This document shows, one piece after another, positions 42,265 through 51,677 of a stretch of DNA of 64,000 bases. Source of the stretch: Candidatus Latescibacterota bacterium (GTDB taxonomy: Bacteria; Latescibacterota; UBA2968; UBA8231); the NCBI GenBank assembly GCA_965243025.1, contig CBDETY010000003.1, positions 4,960,001 to 5,024,000 on the forward strand. The letters run 5' to 3'. The notes under the pieces were generated by a model. The model was not told where the DNA came from. It made no database searches and worked only from the letters and a program-made list of their open reading frames with translations. Position 1 is the first letter of the stretch, and every line of letters starts with the position of its first letter. The position numbers were made by a program, and so were the translations under genes.

Positions 42265-43161
42265 TCAGGTGGTCTTTTTCGCCAGCGGTCGCGCCGAAAG
42301 ATAAACCCCCGCCAGAACCAGGACGAGTCCGGCCGGAAGCTGCCAGGCGAGAGGCTCGGAAAGCAGCAGGACACCGAAAAACATTGCGGAAACGGGGTTC
42401 AGTCCCAGAGTCGCGGTTACCTGTCCAGCCTCGGCGCGGCCCAGGGCCCAGTGGTAGAGGAAGGACGGGACCGCACTGACGACGATGCACAGGTAGACGA
42501 GAACGAGCCATTGCAGGGAGGAAAGCTCCGGGACCGGCTCGATCCAGTCCGCCGCCAGCGATACGGAGAACATGGCGAGCCATCCGCTGGCCATGAAGAA
42601 GGCCGTTACCCGAACCGGCGGGTAGCGCTGCAGGAAGGGACGGCTCAAGGTGTTGAAAAGGGCGATCAGCCAGACCAGCCCGAGGACGATCGCGTCCCCC
42701 CGCAGGGTATCCTGTTCCGGGGTTGCCGAGGTGGACTCACTCACGACGACGGCGACCCCGGCGAAGGAGAGCAGGGCCCCGAGCAGCTTGTTGCGCGTAA
42801 GCGGCTCGCGGCGGAGCGCCGCTGCCGCCAGCAGGGTGGCGACCGGGGCAAGGGCAAGCTCGGTGGCGGCCCGGGTTGCCGTGGTGTGCTTCAGTGCGGT
42901 GGCGAACCCGGGTCCGAACAGCGCGAAGAACATTACCCCGAGCAGGGCGATCGGCAGCAGGTCGCCCCGTTCGAACCGGGGACCCGGGGCCAGAAGCGCC
43001 GGCGGCAACAGGCAGAGGACGCCGGCGCCGGTGCGGATCAGGGCCAGGGTGACCGGGTCGATGGAGGCAACCATGTAGCGCATGGCGACCGCCATCGTAC
43101 CGCCCAGGATGCAGGCGGTCGATGCAGCCAGAACCGGTACGAAGCGGCTGGAAGCGTGCAA
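42265..43161 (-). CDS. DMT/EamA family transporter
   Basis: About ten hydrophobic segments in two EamA repeats (LRREPL..., LNPVSA...LLSEPL). The start is uncertain; TTG 43161 used. Confidence 0.85.
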   Translation of the reverse strand: MHASSRFVPVLAASTACILGGTMAVAMRYMVASIDPVTLALIRTGAGVLCLLPPALLAPGPRFERGDLLPIALLGVMFFALFGPGFATALKHTTATRAATELALAPVATLLAAAALRREPLTRNKLLGALLSFAGVAVVVSESTSATPEQDTLRGDAIVLGLVWLIALFNTLSRPFLQRYPPVRVTAFFMASGWLAMFSVSLAADWIEPVPELSSLQWLVLVYLCIVVSAVPSFLYHWALGRAEAGQVTATLGLNPVSAMFFGVLLLSEPLAWQLPAGLVLVLAGVYLSARPLAKKTT

Positions 43162-43342
43162 ACGGTCGGTGCGGACGACGGGTGATGGAGTGAGTCCCGG
43201 CTGTCCGGCCGGCTCCGAAGCGAGGTGGCAGGCCGGAGGAACCCGAAGGGACATCAGCCTAACCAAACCTCGGGACCGCCGCCACGATTGCTTGACCGCT
43301 GCATGGCGAGGCAGACAGTTTCGTCGAAAAGGAGGGAAGGAC

Positions 43343-44290
43343 ATGAACCAGGTGAAACACCAGGGCAAGGCGGCGATCGTTACCGGCGGGGCCACCGGGA
43401 TCGGGGCGGGCATCGCCCGCAAGCTGGCTGCCGACGGCTCGCAGGTCCTCATCGTCGACATCGACGAGGCCGGGGCGGACGCCAGCGCCGGGCGCATCAG
43501 GGAAGCCGGAGGCACGGCGTCCTCGATGCCCGGCGACGTGTCGCAGGAAGAAGTTGCCCGGGGAATGGTGGAGCGCGCCGTCGACGAGTACGGGCGCCTC
43601 GACATACTCGTTCAGAACGCCTACGGGGTGATCGGATTTTCCGACGGCAGCGCCCTCGAGGTGGACGTCGAATCCTGGCGCAAGGGAATGGACCTGCTGG
43701 TTATGGCCCATTTCCTCGGCGCCAAGTACGGGGTGCCGGCGATGACGGAGTCGGGGCCGCCCCCCGGGTTCGACCCGGGGCCGTGGGAGGGCCGCGGCCT
43801 GCGCCACGGATCACCGCCGCCCATGGAAACAGGGCGCATCGTCAACATCTCCTCGGTGCACGGCCTGCTGCAGGCGGCCGGGACCATGGTGTACGAATCC
43901 GGGAAGGCCGCGGTCATCGGTCTCACGCGCCAGATGGCGATCGACTTCGGGCCGCTGGGAATCACAGTCAACGCCATCGCCCCGGGGCACATCGTGACCG
44001 AGGGGCTGGAGAAGCTGTGGTCGGAGGTGGCCAACGAAGACGGATTCCGGCTGCACGAGCTGCAGTACCCGGTGCGGCGCACCGGGGTGCCGGAGGACAT
44101 CGGCAACGCAGTTTCCTTTCTCTGTTCGGAGGAGGCGGCTTTCATCACCGGCGTGGTGCTTCCGGTCGACGGCGGGCTGAGCATACAGCTGCAGGAGAAC
44201 ATCGTTCTGGAGCTCAAGAGCTACATCCAGGAGCACCCCGGACTGAAGACTTTCTTCGACGGGGGCTACGGCGCCGGAGACCGGAAGTAG
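43343..44290 (+). CDS. SDR family oxidoreductase
   Basis: Motifs TGGATGIG, QNA, NISS, YxxxK (YESGK) and VNAIAPG. GGAGG RBS precedes ATG 43343. Confidence 0.92.
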   Translation: MNQVKHQGKAAIVTGGATGIGAGIARKLAADGSQVLIVDIDEAGADASAGRIREAGGTASSMPGDVSQEEVARGMVERAVDEYGRLDILVQNAYGVIGFSDGSALEVDVESWRKGMDLLVMAHFLGAKYGVPAMTESGPPPGFDPGPWEGRGLRHGSPPPMETGRIVNISSVHGLLQAAGTMVYESGKAAVIGLTRQMAIDFGPLGITVNAIAPGHIVTEGLEKLWSEVANEDGFRLHELQYPVRRTGVPEDIGNAVSFLCSEEAAFITGVVLPVDGGLSIQLQENIVLELKSYIQEHPGLKTFFDGGYGAGDRK

Positions 44291-44356
44291 GCTCACCAGT
44301 CCGGCGGGATGGCATGGACGGGCGCCCTGCCCGATGCTTCCGGGCTGTGATTCCCG

Positions 44357-45613
44357 TCAGTCGGCGAGGATCTGGATGCTGGCGAAAGGGAACAGGGCGA
44401 CGCGCGCGTTGCCTGGCAGCCTGGCCGCGAGCTGGGACATCAGGTCTCCCCAGTCGCGGAAGAGTATTTCCCGGGAATGTCTTTCGTGGAAGTCCGCGGC
44501 GGGAAAATGCTGCGACCAGACCAGCGCCTGGTCCGGTTTGCCGATCCGGGGAGGCGGGAACTCGGCGGCGGGCCGGGATCTTTCCTTTTCCAGGAAGCGC
44601 TCGTAGTTCATGCGGTCGTACAGGCCGTGGTAGGAGATTCCGTCGCAGGCCGGGTTTATCGCGACCGTGTAGGCGCGGTCGAAGTACCGCCGCGGCCAGA
44701 ACGCCTTTCCGGTCTGAATCGGGTCGGAGTCGAGAGGGTAGCAGTTCACTACGAGGAGATCGGTCCGGCGCCGCACCTGCTCCGGGATGGCGGTTGCGTA
44801 CGTTTTCCTGGCGAACGCGGCTGCCTTGCGGTGAGCGGCGACCAGATCGCCGACGAACAGTCCGGCCACTTCGCGCCTGTGATTGAGCACGGCGTTGACG
44901 ATGACGTCGAGCCCGACAAGCCGGGCAACCTCTTCGGAGGCGTCTCTCGCGTCGCGCTGATCCACCTGTTTCTCGAGGTCGCCATGGCCGCGGCCCGAGT
45001 AGAAGGTGTGAAAGCAGAACATCGTCGCGAACCCCGAGACGCCGGGGAGAATCAGCTTGGAACCGCCGCCGAATCCCATCGCGCCGTGCGGATAGAGGCC
45101 GCCGAGACAGATCTTGAACTCCGCGGCGGCCACCACCGGATCGATGAAGACGGGAGTCCCGTCTTCGAGGTTCCCCAGGCCGCGCAGTTTTCCGCTCATG
45201 AAGTTGTGACAGGTGACGGGGAAATCGCGGACGACGTCGGCCCCGACCTTCAGGGCCATCTCTTCCCCGGTCAGGGGGCGGTGCGAACCGCAGCCGACGA
45301 CGAAGCGGATCTCACCGGCGGGAACCCCGGCTTCGGACAGTTCCTTCAGGATCGCGGGGATCAGCTCGCTGGCCGGGGTCGGCCGGCTGAGGTCGTCGAC
45401 GACGATGACGGCGCTCCTTTTTCCGCGGGCGGCCTCGGCGATCCGGGGTGTGCCGATCGGCCGCTCGAAAGCAGCACGGCGTTGGGATTCCCCGAGTGCG
45501 GGGGCCGTATCGGGTGCGAGCACGGTGACCTCCCATCCCTCGGGAAAGGTCAGGGTGATCTCCTCGTCGCCGAAGAAGGCGCGGGAGAAGACGGTTGCCT
45601 GGTTGGCGGCCAA
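44357..45613 (-). CDS. LarA-family nickel-pincer-dependent racemase/epimerase (DUF2088)
   Basis: Motifs DDLSRP, GSHR, PH..MGFGGGSK.ILPG and Q.GK. Confidence 0.85.
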   Translation of the reverse strand: MAANQATVFSRAFFGDEEITLTFPEGWEVTVLAPDTAPALGESQRRAAFERPIGTPRIAEAARGKRSAVIVVDDLSRPTPASELIPAILKELSEAGVPAGEIRFVVGCGSHRPLTGEEMALKVGADVVRDFPVTCHNFMSGKLRGLGNLEDGTPVFIDPVVAAAEFKICLGGLYPHGAMGFGGGSKLILPGVSGFATMFCFHTFYSGRGHGDLEKQVDQRDARDASEEVARLVGLDVIVNAVLNHRREVAGLFVGDLVAAHRKAAAFARKTYATAIPEQVRRRTDLLVVNCYPLDSDPIQTGKAFWPRRYFDRAYTVAINPACDGISYHGLYDRMNYERFLEKERSRPAAEFPPPRIGKPDQALVWSQHFPAADFHERHSREILFRDWGDLMSQLAARLPGNARVALFPFASIQILAD

Positions 45614-45654
45614 GGGGTTATCTCCGGAAGCAGCGGTTGTCAGATTGCCACAAT

Positions 45655-46242
45655 ATGGAAATGCAGTCGCAATCTCCCAAGGAGAAATGGGAGTCCCGTT
45701 ACAAGGCGGCGGGGTTCGAACCCGACCGGCAGCCGGTGCCGTTTCTCGTGCGGGCGGCCGGTGACCTGAAACCGGGACGAGTCCTGTGCCTGGCGGCGGG
45801 CGCCGGCAGAAACGCCGTCTACCTTGCGGAAATCGGATGGACCGTGACCGCCGTCGACATCTCCCCCGCGGGGTTGGCGTGGTGCCGCCGACTCGCGGAC
45901 GAACGAGGCGTCGAAGTCGAAACGATCGCAGCCGACCTGCTTTCCTTCGATACAGGGGTGGAGAGGTGGGATCTGGTGACCAACCTGTACTTCCACGAAC
46001 CGGCGCTGTTCCCCTCGGTCAGGGCTGCGCTCAAGAGCGGCGGTCACTTCCTGTTTCAGACCTACGCGAAAGCCCAGGCGAGACTCGGCTGGGGTCCTGG
46101 CAATCCCGGCCACCTTGTCGAGCCGCAGGAATTGCGGCATGCGTTTACCGGCTGGGACCTGCTGCATTTTTGCGAAGCGGAGAACGAGGTCGAAAGCGGA
46201 AGGCGCGAGGCCGTCGTACAGCTGCTTGCCAGGAAACCGTAA
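45655..46242 (+). CDS. Class I SAM-dependent methyltransferase (TehB-like)
   Basis: Motifs KWESRY, LAAGAGRNAVYLA..GW.V.AVD.S and LKSGG. Confidence 0.85.
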   Translation: MEMQSQSPKEKWESRYKAAGFEPDRQPVPFLVRAAGDLKPGRVLCLAAGAGRNAVYLAEIGWTVTAVDISPAGLAWCRRLADERGVEVETIAADLLSFDTGVERWDLVTNLYFHEPALFPSVRAALKSGGHFLFQTYAKAQARLGWGPGNPGHLVEPQELRHAFTGWDLLHFCEAENEVESGRREAVVQLLARKP

Positions 46243-46383
46243 CCTCCTCCGGTAGTTGCCGCCCGGAAGCGGCGCACCAGGGGATGTCAGATCCGGGTCG
46301 GTTTCCGCTTTCGTCGGGTCAGGTGCGGCCGGTACAGGAAGGCCCCATCTCCAGAGGCCACAGTCGGGTCGGCAGGCAGCCGA

Positions 46384-47259
46384 TTAACCGAACTGTTCGT
46401 TCAGGCTCTGGAAGTCGCGGTAGAACAGCTGCGCAGCGCGCGACAGGTCTTTCTTCAGGGTCAGGTCGAAATAGTCGAACGCCTCGAACTCCACACTCAG
46501 GCAACCCCGGTAGCCGATCTGCTTCATGGCGCTGAAAAACCCGGACCAGTCGACGCGGCCTTCCCCGAGGAACGGAAACAGGAAGGTATCTCCCAGCACC
46601 TTGCCGGGAACTCCGGCGGTATCCTTGACGTGGCAGTGGAAAATGCGCTCCGCGAGCTGGTGGATGGTCCAGGGTACGGTGTTGTAATGGAGCGCCATGT
46701 GGGAGGGGTCGTAGTTGACCCCGAGGTGGCCGGAGTCGAAACGGCGCAGCAGCTCGGCCAGGGTGTAGTACTCGCGGCATACCATGCCGTAGACCGCCTC
46801 GACGGCGATCCGGACCCCCGCATTTTCAGCGACGGGAATGATCTCGTCGAAGGCCCCGCATACCATGTCCCAGGCCTCCCCTTCGGAGATTTCCCGGTGC
46901 AGGACGGGCGCTCCCAGACCCATGAACGGGGCGGGCCCGGTAAAGCAGTTGACCACCCCTATCCCCAGGTCGCCGGCGGCGCGGATGCACTCGCTCGTCA
47001 GCTCGATCTCGTCCCTGCGGACCGCGTCGTCTCGATGCACGAATTCCCGCTGAATCACCCATTCCGAAACCGTAAGTCCCCCCGCTTCCGTCGTCGCCAC
47101 GAGTTGCCGAAGCTGGGCCGGGCTCCGGGTTCGCGGATTCAGGTGCTGCAGTCCGTACTCGATGCATCGATATCCCGTTTCGGCCAGCATCTCGACGACT
47201 TCCTCGTCGCTCATGCTTCCCTGGTCGAGGTTGAGGAAGAATCCTACCTGGTTGTCCAC
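46384..47259 (-). CDS. Sugar phosphate isomerase/epimerase (xylose isomerase-like TIM barrel)
   Basis: Motifs IAVE, NYDPSH, HCHVKD, GEGRVDW and LSVEFE. Confidence 0.88.
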   Translation of the reverse strand: MDNQVGFFLNLDQGSMSDEEVVEMLAETGYRCIEYGLQHLNPRTRSPAQLRQLVATTEAGGLTVSEWVIQREFVHRDDAVRRDEIELTSECIRAAGDLGIGVVNCFTGPAPFMGLGAPVLHREISEGEAWDMVCGAFDEIIPVAENAGVRIAVEAVYGMVCREYYTLAELLRRFDSGHLGVNYDPSHMALHYNTVPWTIHQLAERIFHCHVKDTAGVPGKVLGDTFLFPFLGEGRVDWSGFFSAMKQIGYRGCLSVEFEAFDYFDLTLKKDLSRAAQLFYRDFQSLNEQFG

Positions 47260-47405
47260 GACGTGCCTCGGCTTTCTACCGTTGCGGGAATGCGTGCGGC
47301 AGTTTCACGATCAGGCCCCCGTCCAGACCGGGTAGTCAAAGGAGCGCGGCGGGGGAAAACCTCGTTGTTCAGAGGCTCTCGAAGGTGGCGGGAAGGGGAT
47401 ATTTC

Positions 47406-47494
47406 TGGTGCCGGGAGCCGGACTCGAACCGGCACGGCCGTAAACGGCCAATGGATTTTAAGTCCATCGCGTATACCAATTTCGCCATCCCGGC
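47406..47494 (-). tRNA. tRNA-Leu (TAA)
   Basis: GCCGGGATGGCGAAATTGGTATACGCGATGGAC-TTAAAA-TCCAT..., long variable arm, GGTTCGAGTCC T-loop and encoded CCA. Confidence 0.96.
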
Positions 47495-47536
47495 CCCGGG
47501 TGCGCGCGAGAATTGTGCGCAGGTATGGAAAGAAAA

Positions 47537-47610
47537 TGGAGGCGGCGCCCGGAATCGAACCGGGGATAAAGGCTTTGCAGGCCTCGGCCTTACCACTTGG
47601 CTACGCCGCC
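47537..47610 (-). tRNA. tRNA-Cys (GCA)
   Basis: GGCGGCGTAGCCAAGTGGTAAGGCCGAGGCCTGCAAAGCCTTTATCCCCGGTTCGATTCCGGGCGCCGCCTCCA. Confidence 0.96.
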
Positions 47611-47622
47611 TCGCAAAAAGCA

Positions 47623-47650
47623 ATTATACTGGCTCTGGAAGTGCTGTCAA
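47623..47650 (-). promoter_or_regulatory. Consensus sigma-70 promoter of the tRNA-Cys/tRNA-Leu unit
   Basis: Minus strand reads TTGACA, 16-nt spacer, TATAAT, ending 12 nt before tRNA-Cys. Confidence 0.85.
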
Positions 47651-47765
47651 CACTTGAACTTGCGGCAGATTTCGAGGTCAGAAGACGACCGTATGCCGGA
47701 CTTGCCGACCCCGCTTTCCTATATTTTGGCGGGTTCCCCAAGGGCTATTTTTCACAGGTAATTCC

Positions 47766-48560
47766 GTGAGGCAATACCTGCAACTGGTCGAGCGAATCCT
47801 CGACGAAGGGGTCGAAAAACCGGACCGGACAGGAACCGGGACTCTGGCAGTCTTCGGACACCAGATGCGCTTCGACCTCGGCGAGGGGTTTCCCTGCCTG
47901 ACGACCAAGAAGCTCAACCTGCGCGCCATCATCCACGAGCTGTTGTGGTTCCTGCAGGGGGACACGAACATCGCCTACCTGCGCGATAACCGCGTGGGCA
48001 TCTGGGACGAGTGGGCAGACGCTTCGGGGGATCTCGGTCCAATCTACGGAAAACAGTGGCGCTCATGGGCCGCCCCCGACGGGCGGACCGTGGACCAGAT
48101 CGGACAGCTCGTCGAAATGCTGCGCAGCAGTCCGCACAGCCGCCGCCTCGTGGTATCGGCCTGGAACGTCGGGGAAATCGACCTCATGGCACTGGCCCCC
48201 TGCCACTGCCTGTTCCAGTTCTTCGTGGCCGGAAACCGGCTGAGCTGCCAGCTCTACCAGCGCAGCTGCGACGTCGGGCTCGGGGTGCCGTTCAACATTG
48301 CCAGCTACAGCCTTCTGACCATGATGCTCTCCCAGGTTGGCGGATTCGATCCCGGTGACTTCGTGTGGACAGGCGGGGACGTTCACATCTACAGCAATCA
48401 CGTGGAGCCGCTGCGCGAACAGCTGCGACGCGACCCGCGCCCGTTGCCGCAGATGGTGATACAGGACCGCAACCAGGACATCTTCTCTTTCCGCCTGGAA
48501 GACTTCAGGCTGGCCGGCTACCGCCCGCACCCTCCAATTCCCATGGCCATCGCCGTTTAG
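47766..48560 (+). CDS. thyA: Thymidylate synthase
   Basis: Motifs DRTGTGT, TTKK, ELLWFL, SRR, MALAPCH, YQRSCD..LGVPFN and HIY.NH. Confidence 0.97.
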   Translation: MRQYLQLVERILDEGVEKPDRTGTGTLAVFGHQMRFDLGEGFPCLTTKKLNLRAIIHELLWFLQGDTNIAYLRDNRVGIWDEWADASGDLGPIYGKQWRSWAAPDGRTVDQIGQLVEMLRSSPHSRRLVVSAWNVGEIDLMALAPCHCLFQFFVAGNRLSCQLYQRSCDVGLGVPFNIASYSLLTMMLSQVGGFDPGDFVWTGGDVHIYSNHVEPLREQLRRDPRPLPQMVIQDRNQDIFSFRLEDFRLAGYRPHPPIPMAIAV

Positions 48561-48562
48561 CG

Positions 48563-49459
48563 ATGACCCGGACGTCAGCCCGAGCCGTGTCCTCCTCCGC
48601 ATCCCAGGCGAGCGTCGCCATTCAGGGAGAGCGAGGCAGCAACAGCGAGCTGGCGGCTCTGGAGTACTTCGGCCCGGGTTTGGCCCTGGTGGCCTGTCCC
48701 TCCTTCGAAGAGCTGTTCGAAGCGGTGAGGGGAGGGCGCGCATCCTTCGGCATGGCACCGGTCGACAACTCCCTTGCCGGCAGCATCCACGAGGTCTGGG
48801 ACCTGTTCCTTCGCTGTCCGCTGCCGGTGGTCGGCGAGCTGTCCCTTCGCATCGGCCACTGCCTGATCGGCAACCCCGCCGGCGAGCTGTCGCGCACTCG
48901 CCGCATCTCTTCTCATCCACAGGCGCTTGCCCAGTGCGAGGATTTCCTGTCGAACCTGGACGGGGTCGAACTGCGGGAGGTGTACGACACTGCCGGCGCC
49001 GTCGCCATGATCAAGGAGGCAGGGAAGCCCGGGGATGCGGCCATCGCACCGGCGCAGGCAGCTGCGGATCACGGTATGAAGGTCCTTGCCTCGGCCATCG
49101 AATCGCGCACGGACAACTACACCCGCTTCCTCGTGATCTCCGGCGTACCGGGGGAGAGCCACAGCGGCGAGATGAAGACGAGCGCCGTGATACGCCTTGC
49201 GGATTCGGCCCGCGGCCTGGGGGAGATCCTGACCTGTCTGACATCGAGGCAGCTCCGGCTCCACAAGGTGGAGTCGCGAAAACGGCTCGGCGAGCCGTAT
49301 CTCTACGACGTGTACGTCGACTTCGCGGGAGCTGTGGGTGAAGAGGCGGTCGACCAGGCGCTGGCCGAGGCGGAAGGAATCGCTGCCTGCGTCACGGTAA
49401 TCGGGTCCTACCCGAAGGGAAGAAGGGTGGAGCCACGCCTTCATCCGGTGGATCGATAG
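48563..49459 (+). CDS. pheA: Prephenate dehydratase with ACT domain
   Basis: Motifs QGERGSNSE, PVDNS.AG, SHPQALAQC, DTAGA, N.TRF and ESR. ATG at 48563. Confidence 0.85.
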   Translation: MTRTSARAVSSSASQASVAIQGERGSNSELAALEYFGPGLALVACPSFEELFEAVRGGRASFGMAPVDNSLAGSIHEVWDLFLRCPLPVVGELSLRIGHCLIGNPAGELSRTRRISSHPQALAQCEDFLSNLDGVELREVYDTAGAVAMIKEAGKPGDAAIAPAQAAADHGMKVLASAIESRTDNYTRFLVISGVPGESHSGEMKTSAVIRLADSARGLGEILTCLTSRQLRLHKVESRKRLGEPYLYDVYVDFAGAVGEEAVDQALAEAEGIAACVTVIGSYPKGRRVEPRLHPVDR

Positions 49460-49484
49460 CGGACCGGCGCCCGGACGGTCGGGG

Positions 49485-49652
49485 CTAGTGTCCTGTCGCA
49501 GAAATATGTCGACATCGGGAAGCCGATCCATCCCGGCTCACGGCGTTGCCTTCGCTCCCCGTACGCCCTCGGTACGACTCGCTCAGGCGCCTTGTGAGCC
49601 GGGCGCCTCGGCCTCCCGATTTTGTCAATCTATCTCTGCGACGGGACACTAG
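49485..49652. mobile_element. MITE-like non-autonomous element, long copy flanked by CTAG on both sides
   Basis: CTAG at 49485-49488 and 49649-49652. TIRs GTGTCCTGTCGCAGA / TCTGCGACGGGACAC match at 14 of 15. Nested inner inverted repeats at 49514-49526/49608-49620 and 49532-49541/49594-49603. Confidence 0.8.
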
Positions 49653-49999
49653 TCCGCGGCCAGCTTCTCGACCTCGGGGCTCTCGTTGCCGATGCGCCAG
49701 ACCCCGCTGACTCCGTCGCCGTCGAAGTCGGCCCGGACGGTGACGGAAAATCCCTCCGGACTCCAGTGAACCTCGCAGTCGCATTCCTGAAGCCAGGACA
49801 GCTGGCTGCGGTACGGCTCCGCCCGCGGATTGAAGAACTCCTGGTGCTCCCTGCGGTATTCCGCCTGCATCAGGTGAAACGCCTCCAGGCGGGCGGCAAG
49901 CTCGATCTCGTCCACTTCTTCCGGCTTGAGCTGTGAGAAGTGAAACATCACGATTGCCGCGAGAACCAGGAGTGCTCCGACGGTCTGGAGGTAGCGCAT
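49649..49999 (-). CDS. Small membrane-anchored protein with a pilin-like C-terminus
   Basis: N-terminal TM, a helix (LMQAEYRREH) and ADFDGDGV.GVWRI. The stop codon lies in the CTAG bordering the repeat. Confidence 0.6.
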   Translation of the reverse strand: MRYLQTVGALLVLAAIVMFHFSQLKPEEVDEIELAARLEAFHLMQAEYRREHQEFFNPRAEPYRSQLSWLQECDCEVHWSPEGFSVTVRADFDGDGVSGVWRIGNESPEVEKLAAD

Positions 50000-50006
50000 T
50001 CGTGGT

Positions 50007-51650
50007 TCACCTGAACTCGAGGTCGACTCCCTCCGCCGTTTGTCCTCTGCGAACCGCTACCATTTCGGCTGAGATCGAGACCGCTTCAGCTGGCGTGAAG
50101 GGATGGGGAGTGCCGGCATCCGCTACGAGATTGCCGTTCAGGTCTGCAAACGCCATCACCGAGTACTTCCCGGGAAGCACCTTCCCGAGGGAAAATGCTC
50201 CGCTGCTGTCGCAACCGGCGATGTAGGTGCGTCCATCCGGAACACCTCTGGCCAGCACCATCACCTCGCCCAGGTCGAGGAGGGAGTCCGCGGTGACCGT
50301 CCCGGAGAGCGACGGCAGCTCCGAATCCGGCGCCACCTCGAAGTCGAACTCGGCCAGGCTGTCCGCCGGGGCGTGTCCGGCGCGGTCGCTCAGCTGTCCC
50401 AGTCGGCCGCGCAGGGAGTAATGTCCCGGTCTCAGGGGTTCCCGCGGAATCAGCACCAGCCGTGTCGGAGTCTCCCATGTCCAGGTACCGTCTACCAAGG
50501 CGGTCGAATCGGTTTCGATCCAGAAATCGCCTGCAGGAGTATCCGTGGCCATCCCTTCGTCGAACTCGATGGCCAGTGAGTCGCCTGGGGCCCCCACTTT
50601 CGAGGGGCTTGCCGAGACGACGGATGGAGCCTTCTTGTCCTTCCGGGTGCTGGCGCGCCACGGCTGATCCCAGGACACCGGCTGTTTCTCGATGACGAGC
50701 TTGGCGAAACGGTAACTTGCCTCTGCCTGCTGTGGACCGGTCAGGACGTACAGCCGGGTTCGGTCACGCGCCGAGGAGTAGAATGCCGAAACCTCGAGCC
50801 CATCGATTTCAATCAGGGCGTCCAGGGGGTCTACCTCGCGATCGAAGGCCAGGAGAAGCCGGTTTTCGTCGAGTGCCTGCACCCGCTTCAGCCGGGGGGA
50901 AGGCAATTCTCCCTGGGACAGCAGCAGATCTCCTGCATGGACGTCTTCGCTCTGCGAGAGGTCGTGGATGCCTGCCGGCAGGGCAATGGGTTCTCCGGCG
51001 TCCCTGCGCGAATTGCGGTTTTCATCGCGGAAGGCGGTCACGAGGAAGCGTCCGGCCGAAAGGCGCATGAATTCGTACGAGCCGTCTCGCGATGATTGCG
51101 TCTCGTAATCCGGGGGATCGCTGCCCACGCGGCCGTCGAAGTGGCGGACGTCGTACGCCCACACGCGGGCTTTGGCTGCAGGTCTGTACCCCTCGTAGAC
51201 GCGGCCGCGAAGGCGCCCCTGGTTGAGTTCGGGCCCGGTGGCGAAGGCGAAGGTGTACGCTTCCGGCAGCGAGTTGCCGCGCCGGTCGCGTGCGTCCGTT
51301 CCGACAGTTACCACGTAAGTCTGCTCCTCCAGAAGGCGGCTGGCGGAGACTTCGAGGGTGGGTCCTTTCCAACGGAATTGCAGCTCGACCCGCGGAGCGA
51401 GAAAAATCGCCTCCTCCGTTCGCCTGCGGTCCATTCCCTCGCTGAAACGGAGGAAAATGGAGCTCTCCGGGGCAACCTCCGTTTCGTCGGCCTTCGGAGT
51501 ATGGCTGACGATGTCCGGGGCGGCCCGGTCGATCTCCCCCCCGGGGGGCCTTCCGACCTTGGCGCAATGTGCCGCAGCTACGGCGACAGTGACCAGGAGC
51601 GGCAACAGCGGATGGCGGCGAGGTTGTCGGTCCGCGAAAAAGGGCGGCAT
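50007..51650 (-). CDS. Lipoprotein with Ig-like (Big_5) domains
   Basis: Lipoprotein-type Cys in CAKVGRPPGG..D..AP, repeated I.FSE/FDE, D.RGN.L...YTFAFATG and AF.D.N.N motifs. Confidence 0.8.
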   Translation of the reverse strand: MPPFFADRQPRRHPLLPLLVTVAVAAAHCAKVGRPPGGEIDRAAPDIVSHTPKADETEVAPESSIFLRFSEGMDRRRTEEAIFLAPRVELQFRWKGPTLEVSASRLLEEQTYVVTVGTDARDRRGNSLPEAYTFAFATGPELNQGRLRGRVYEGYRPAAKARVWAYDVRHFDGRVGSDPPDYETQSSRDGSYEFMRLSAGRFLVTAFRDENRNSRRDAGEPIALPAGIHDLSQSEDVHAGDLLLSQGELPSPRLKRVQALDENRLLLAFDREVDPLDALIEIDGLEVSAFYSSARDRTRLYVLTGPQQAEASYRFAKLVIEKQPVSWDQPWRASTRKDKKAPSVVSASPSKVGAPGDSLAIEFDEGMATDTPAGDFWIETDSTALVDGTWTWETPTRLVLIPREPLRPGHYSLRGRLGQLSDRAGHAPADSLAEFDFEVAPDSELPSLSGTVTADSLLDLGEVMVLARGVPDGRTYIAGCDSSGAFSLGKVLPGKYSVMAFADLNGNLVADAGTPHPFTPAEAVSISAEMVAVRRGQTAEGVDLEFR

Positions 51651-51677
51651 ACGGGGCCGTTCGCCGGCAGCGGTCGG

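Noticed and set aside
39575-42304. 909-aa plus-strand ORF and many similar long ORFs (e.g. 106-1521, 38083-39717, 56758-58068)
   Set aside because: Antisense shadows of well-supported genes, expected in high-GC DNA, with no recognisable motifs.
47406-47494. tRNA-anchored integrative element or prophage
   Set aside because: No adjacent integrase, no phage or conjugation genes, and no visible duplicate of the tRNA 3' end in the window.
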